This document shows, piece by piece, positions 15,001-21,000 of a stretch of DNA of 32,000 nucleotides. How positions within the stretch are numbered: position 1 is the first letter of the stretch; every line of letters starts with the position of its first letter. The stretch is from Candidatus Lokiarchaeum ossiferum (GTDB lineage Archaea > Asgardarchaeota > Lokiarchaeia > Sigyniarchaeales > Promethearchaeaceae), in assembly GCA_025839675.1 (NCBI GenBank), contig CP104013.1, positions 5,790,001-5,822,000 of the forward strand, written 5' to 3'. The notes under the pieces are model-generated. The model was not told where the DNA came from. It ran no database searches and saw only the letters and a program-made list of their open reading frames with translations. The position numbers were made by a program, and so were the translations under genes.

Positions 15001-18000
15001 TCAAGCTCTATGATGAAGTCCGAGTAGACGAATTTGGGACAATGCATAATGAAACCACGTTACTCCAACAACGCAAGCTCACCACTTTAGTTTATCCCGC
15101 CGTCTGGAATCAATCAAGTACTCGAACGGTTGTGGGTCCTCCGAGTGTCACCGAAGGAGGACGATTTACCATTGGAACTCCTGAAGCCCAAGTCTTGAAT
15201 TTAGCGATGGATGTCACCGATCCCGAAATGGCCCATACTGCCATTCTTGAGTATAATTTAGCGGCCAGTGATCGGGATCTTGTGATCACCCGCTGGTCAG
15301 AACGATTCTATGATCGAGGATATTCGGCGAGTGATCCCGCTTCGATCGATACAGTGCAAAAAGTATGGCCTGTGGAAAGCATATCCTATTATGATCAATC
15401 CACCATCTTAACCCATGATTGGATCACGAAAAAAGTAAGTGAGAATTATAATCCCGATATCCTTCGGGATGTCTCCAATTCGGAATTGCAATCGATTAAG
15501 ATTGACGCCAATGATGGACTGAATCCTGTGTGGAATCAAGAAGTCGAGATTCATTTTGATAGCCATTATGTCATAGCCAATCAAGTCGATACGGTGGCTT
15601 TAACCTATCGGTTCGGTCTTAAAAATTACTTTGCTTTAGGGGCCCTTGGATTTCCCGCGCGCGTGGATCTCCAAATCCAAAAAGCGGATGCATCATGGAG
15701 TACGATCGCTTCCATCGAGGATTTAAATGTCCCCTTTGAACAGGATATTGCTTGGGTGGACGGAGTGTTTACCATTTCTGAAACCGAACTGGCCACATTT
15801 ACGGAAATTGGAGGATCAATGCTTTTGGATCTCAACGATCTACGGTTTGTGTTTGACGGGTGTGGGGTACGGGGAGCAGAATTATTTATTGATCAGTTGG
15901 TCCTTACCTTGGATAATGATAAAACGCGCCTCTTTTGGGACGATGAACATATTCATGCGTACAGTGATCTGGCGGCCTTGACCCATAGTTCAGATCCGGT
16001 CGTGATCACTCAAAGTGATAATCCACAAGCCGGGCAATCGGCCAATGTGTATACGATAGTGGATAATCGCACCCAAATTCCCGAAGTAGTAGGCTATGGT
16101 GATACGGAACTATTGTTGATGAATGTGGGTAACTGGAAAAACACCTCTTGGTGGGGAGACTCTCATTATGCAGGAGCTGATGCATGGAATTCGTGGGAAT
16201 ATCTTGTGAATGAAATGGATATTTATTCGGTGGAGGGTTCCCTTGCCGAAACCGACCAACTCCACTTGGATATTACGCCCTTTTACACGGATCCGGTTAC
16301 CCGCACCCCCGAGTTTGCGTGGATGGAACTTCCTCTCTATGTATTTACCACCCAAGGGATTGACGAAATGACATTAACGTATTCATTCTCCAATGCGGCT
16401 GACGAAAGCATAACCTACAATATGACGGAATTAGTGGGTGAGAGTGGATTGTTCATGGAAACTCTCCGTCTTCAACTGCAAGGACGTTGTTTAACGGAAG
16501 TCACATGGGATTTCACTTTCCATTCTTGGGTGAGCGCAGCCGACATCTCCACAGTCGGGTTAGGGGGGATTGCCTTTTATACCGAAGCGTCTTTGGGCAA
16601 GTTAGTGTTAACAACGGATACTTTGACGCATACGCACGATTTACTCCCCACAGTCTTTACAGGGCCCACCTCCCCCTATGGGGAATATGTGAATTTGTCC
16701 TCCCTGGGTGTCTTTACCTCCTTGGATCGCATCCAGATCCAAAGTGCCCAAGGCGTCAGCGATGTCTTACACAATGGATATTATGGAAGTCCTCTCTATC
16801 TCAGTTCCTTTACGGTGGTTAGTTATAATACCACATCACTGGCCGATGTCGCCTATCATTATGCCTATAATTTTGATCCGGTGCAAAGGAATTTTGAATA
16901 TCGCATGGTCGATTGGATGGAAGCGACTCCCACTCCTGAGTCATGGGAAGGAAGCAGTATGACCACCGAAGAAATTCCGTGGTTACGTCATCAAAGCTGG
17001 GATCTCGATGGGGATGCTTCTTATGATCTCTATGTGGAAGAATTTGACGGCGAAGGGCTCGGGGAGTTCTCCAATAACAAGTTAGATAATTTTCGGGTGG
17101 ATTATACGGGCGATGGATACTATGATCTTCAAGTGACCATGGATACGACCTTGACCACTTCTCAAGTAACGACACCCACCCTTTATAATATGGAGACAAA
17201 TTTGATTGGTGAAGCCACCGGGCATTATTATGTCATGCAAAATGCCAAGGAATTCATCGAAATTTCTGAGGATACCGATGGCGATGGACGCTTTGATCTG
17301 AAATCCGAATTTTCCCTCACCGCTTCTACCATGGCCTTACCCGAATATCGAGAATATGTGATCCATAACCATCAACTCACTTCCTTTAGTGATGCCACGT
17401 GGCACAAACCGATTGCGGGGGTGGCCTATAGTGTCGATAGTGATGGGGATGGGGTGTTTGAAGAAAGTATATCCCGTACCGATCGCTGGGCGAACTCCGA
17501 ATCTATTTTGGACGAAGCCTATGAACATTGGATCTATGAATCCTATACCTATACCTATGAGGATTTTGTGGAACGGGATAACATGCTCAAGGAAAATCTT
17601 ACCTTTACCCTCTGTGGGCCCGATTATTTCAATCTCACCGAAGACGGGTTATTGCAATTTGATTCTGATGGCGAAGTGTTGTATGATCGTCCCAGTCTCA
17701 CGGCCGAAGTGATTCTGGAATATGATGTGCCTGTTCCTATTGATCCCCGGTATAATCGTACGGTGGATCGTTCTTCGTGGGAGATCGATCGGTACCCCGA
17801 ATTACTCTGCGATCCCCATGGGGTGCTTGCATGGTGGGATGGTGATCATGATGGCACTGCAGAAACCGCTTTTGTGTTTACGGAACAATCGTGGGCCGAG
17901 GATCAAATGGCAATTGCCATTTATTATAGTCGGGATGGATCGGAGCAGGTGCATATTAATAGTTTTGAGTATCAAGCCTCGGGTGATTCGCTCCTACCTT

Positions 18001-21000
18001 TGTACTGGCTGAGTGCGGCGTACGATTATGAAATTCTGACCAACATTGCGTGGGAAGATTCCAAGGATGCGTATTGGACACAAATGAAAGGCTTTATCGA
18101 TGGGCAAGGTAACAGCATGACGGCCTCTTACTATTTAGATCTGGTGCATTCAATGTCCTTGATGGGCACCTCCGCCCTTATGGGGGGTGGGTTCGGATTT
18201 ATTATGGCAGGGTATGCAGTCTACCAATATTGGACTCGTCCGTTGTTGGTCGACTTTCTTGCCGAACATCAATTATGGGGAATGCAAGAACAACCCCATG
18301 AATTTGGGCAAGAAGCGGATCGCTATGATTTCTGGGATGGGTTGGATGCGATGATCGAGGATTTCACCAATTTTGGGAATTTCCAAGATCCTCAATACTA
18401 TGTGCAATCCTTCCCAATAATTACATCCAATCCTTGGTGGGATGATACAGTGTGGCGAGAAGCGGCTGAACCGACCTTTGATACCAGTAATACAGTGGTG
18501 TCCTTCAAAGTGCCCGATATGCAAATCAGTGGGGATACGCACGAAGGCATCATTGCTTGGTGGCTCCATTGGTATGAAAACGACTGGGTGGAAAATGATC
18601 CTGTGATTCCCTATGCGAATGCGCCCCAATGGTTATGTGATTTTATCACCACCTACCTTCAATATGTGCAAACTTCTTCCGATATGGATCGACCTCCCTC
18701 GAGTTATGTGAAAACACTCTATCCTGATATCACTATTCCCCAAGCCGATTTCAATGGCGAATTGGGGCAGGGGCTCTATGCCAATGTGTGGCGAGATCTT
18801 GGGGAAGTTGAATATCAACTCCTAGAAGGCAATCAACGGGGAGTTATTGCCACCACCTTGACCACCCATCATCCCGTCTATACCGATGTGATTTTCTCCG
18901 TGGATGCTTCGGGGCGACCTCTCTTTACACCCGCTGCGACTGTGTCCCGCAATTTGAGTGATCCGATTGCTCGGACCCTCGATTATATGGAACTCGCCTA
19001 CTATGCCCAATATGCGGGTGCCTATGAAGACGCCCGTGCAAAGGATCCCACGATCATTGCGTCACAACTTGGATTACAGGTGGTGCAAGTCGTGGCCGGC
19101 GTTTTGGCTTCGAATTTGGCTGTGATGAGTTTAGATCCTGTTGGATTCTATACGAATTATGTGGTCCGGGAAGGGTTGCCTGGCATCTTGCTGGATTTAA
19201 GTCGGGAAGTGTTCGAAGAATTGGTCTTAGAAGAACTAGTCAGTTCTGCGGCCCGATCCGTGGGGATTTCTTTGGGATTGGCGAACTTGTTAGGGGAATC
19301 CTTCGGGAGTTTTGATGTCATTTCCAACATCTACAGTACAGTGGGATCTGTCGATTACAGTGATCTCTATACGGCCTTACAAACGACTACCCCGCATTCG
19401 ACCACCCAACACGCTTCTTTAAGCGAACATGTGGCAGTCTCGAGTTTTCAACACCTCTCACAGGTGAAACAAGTGGCCCAATTGAAGAGTCTCTTACAAG
19501 CTCGATCCAGTATCCATGCGCTGATCCAATTACGAACGAATGCGCGAATGATGGGAGCTTTACAGACCTTTATTAGTACCCACATGGGTTCCAATATTCA
19601 GTTGAAGCCATACCTTAGGAATCTCGAAACTATGCCAATTCTGAAGTTTACCAATCACCATTTGACCGAGGAAGCGTTCCGTTTGGAGGTTGAGGAGACT
19701 ATTTGGGAATATTCGATCGCTGGGAAGTCGGTGCAAGAATTTCTCTCGGATCCCGCTTTATTGGCCAAATGGGGGTTGACGGAATGTGGAAATGAGATGT
19801 TCTTCCAGACTGTTTTGAAAGATTTTGGATCTGTGCAATATAAAGCAGATGGTCTAGTGTATGAAGAAATCGATGGAGTATGGAGATCTCGAATGAAATA
19901 TCCTGATGAAACCTTGGGAAGTTTTCTCTCTCGAGTGGATGGTGTGGTGTTGATTGATCCTCCCCATCAGAGTAATTTAGATAAATTTATAGAAAAGGAA
20001 TCAAGTAAGGAGATTGGAGATTCTGCGGAGTTAGATCCCGAAATTGTTTTCAAGGCGTTAGTAGAATCTAAAGATCAAGAACTAACGAAATCCACTTTGG
20101 AAACAGCTACTTTCTTGATTAAGAAAAAGCAATCTTTGAAATTAGATACTGCTTTTAAAACACCTCAACAGCTAGCAAATTTGCGGACTTATAAACCAAA
20201 ATCAGATAAATCACTCTATCCTATGAAAGTCTTTAAAGAAACTCATGTTCCTACAGAAGGAGATTTTCTGCATCGGGGTGATTCTTCCTTAAAAGAAATG
20301 ATTCCAATTCAGATAGAATCGATTAATAGATTTAGGAAATACCTAAATTACATGAAAACTTCGATGTTCCGTACATTAGTTAAGCAGAAGCTAAATAACT
20401 ACGAGGCTCATTTGAATTCGCTATACTCAAAACTAGAAGTAATCGATTCAACTAATCCAACAATTGTCGATGACCATTTCCGAATATCCGAAGATCTTCT
20501 GAAGATCTTTAACACATATCTTGGATCCAACACCTATATGGTCCTTCCTGCATATGCACGTATGAAGATTTCTGGATCATTGAAAGATTTGTATAAATGT
20601 TATTGGCAAATCAATATTTTGAAGAAAGGAACTATGTTTTATGAAAATTGTCGAAAGCAAGGAAAAGGGTTTTCTTTGCTCATTGGACCAGTTTCGGGAT
20701 ATAATGAATATAACATTTGGGTAAACCCTACTTCAAACCCTTTAGAACGATATCTCTTCAAAATTACCCCAAGAGGGGGCCATCATGAAGCAGCAACGGT
20801 TCTTTCATTCATAAAAACGAAATCTTTGGGTATGCCGGAAATAATCTCTCGTTCTAGTTTTTCTCCTCAAGATTCAGTAATTGATTGTCAAACGGATGCA
20901 TTTTCAATGATCTTAGGAGACACTGAATTAAATCGTTTATTGAATCATTTGAATATTGAACTCATCAAATCTGATTCTTCAGGCTCTCTTAAACCTGATT

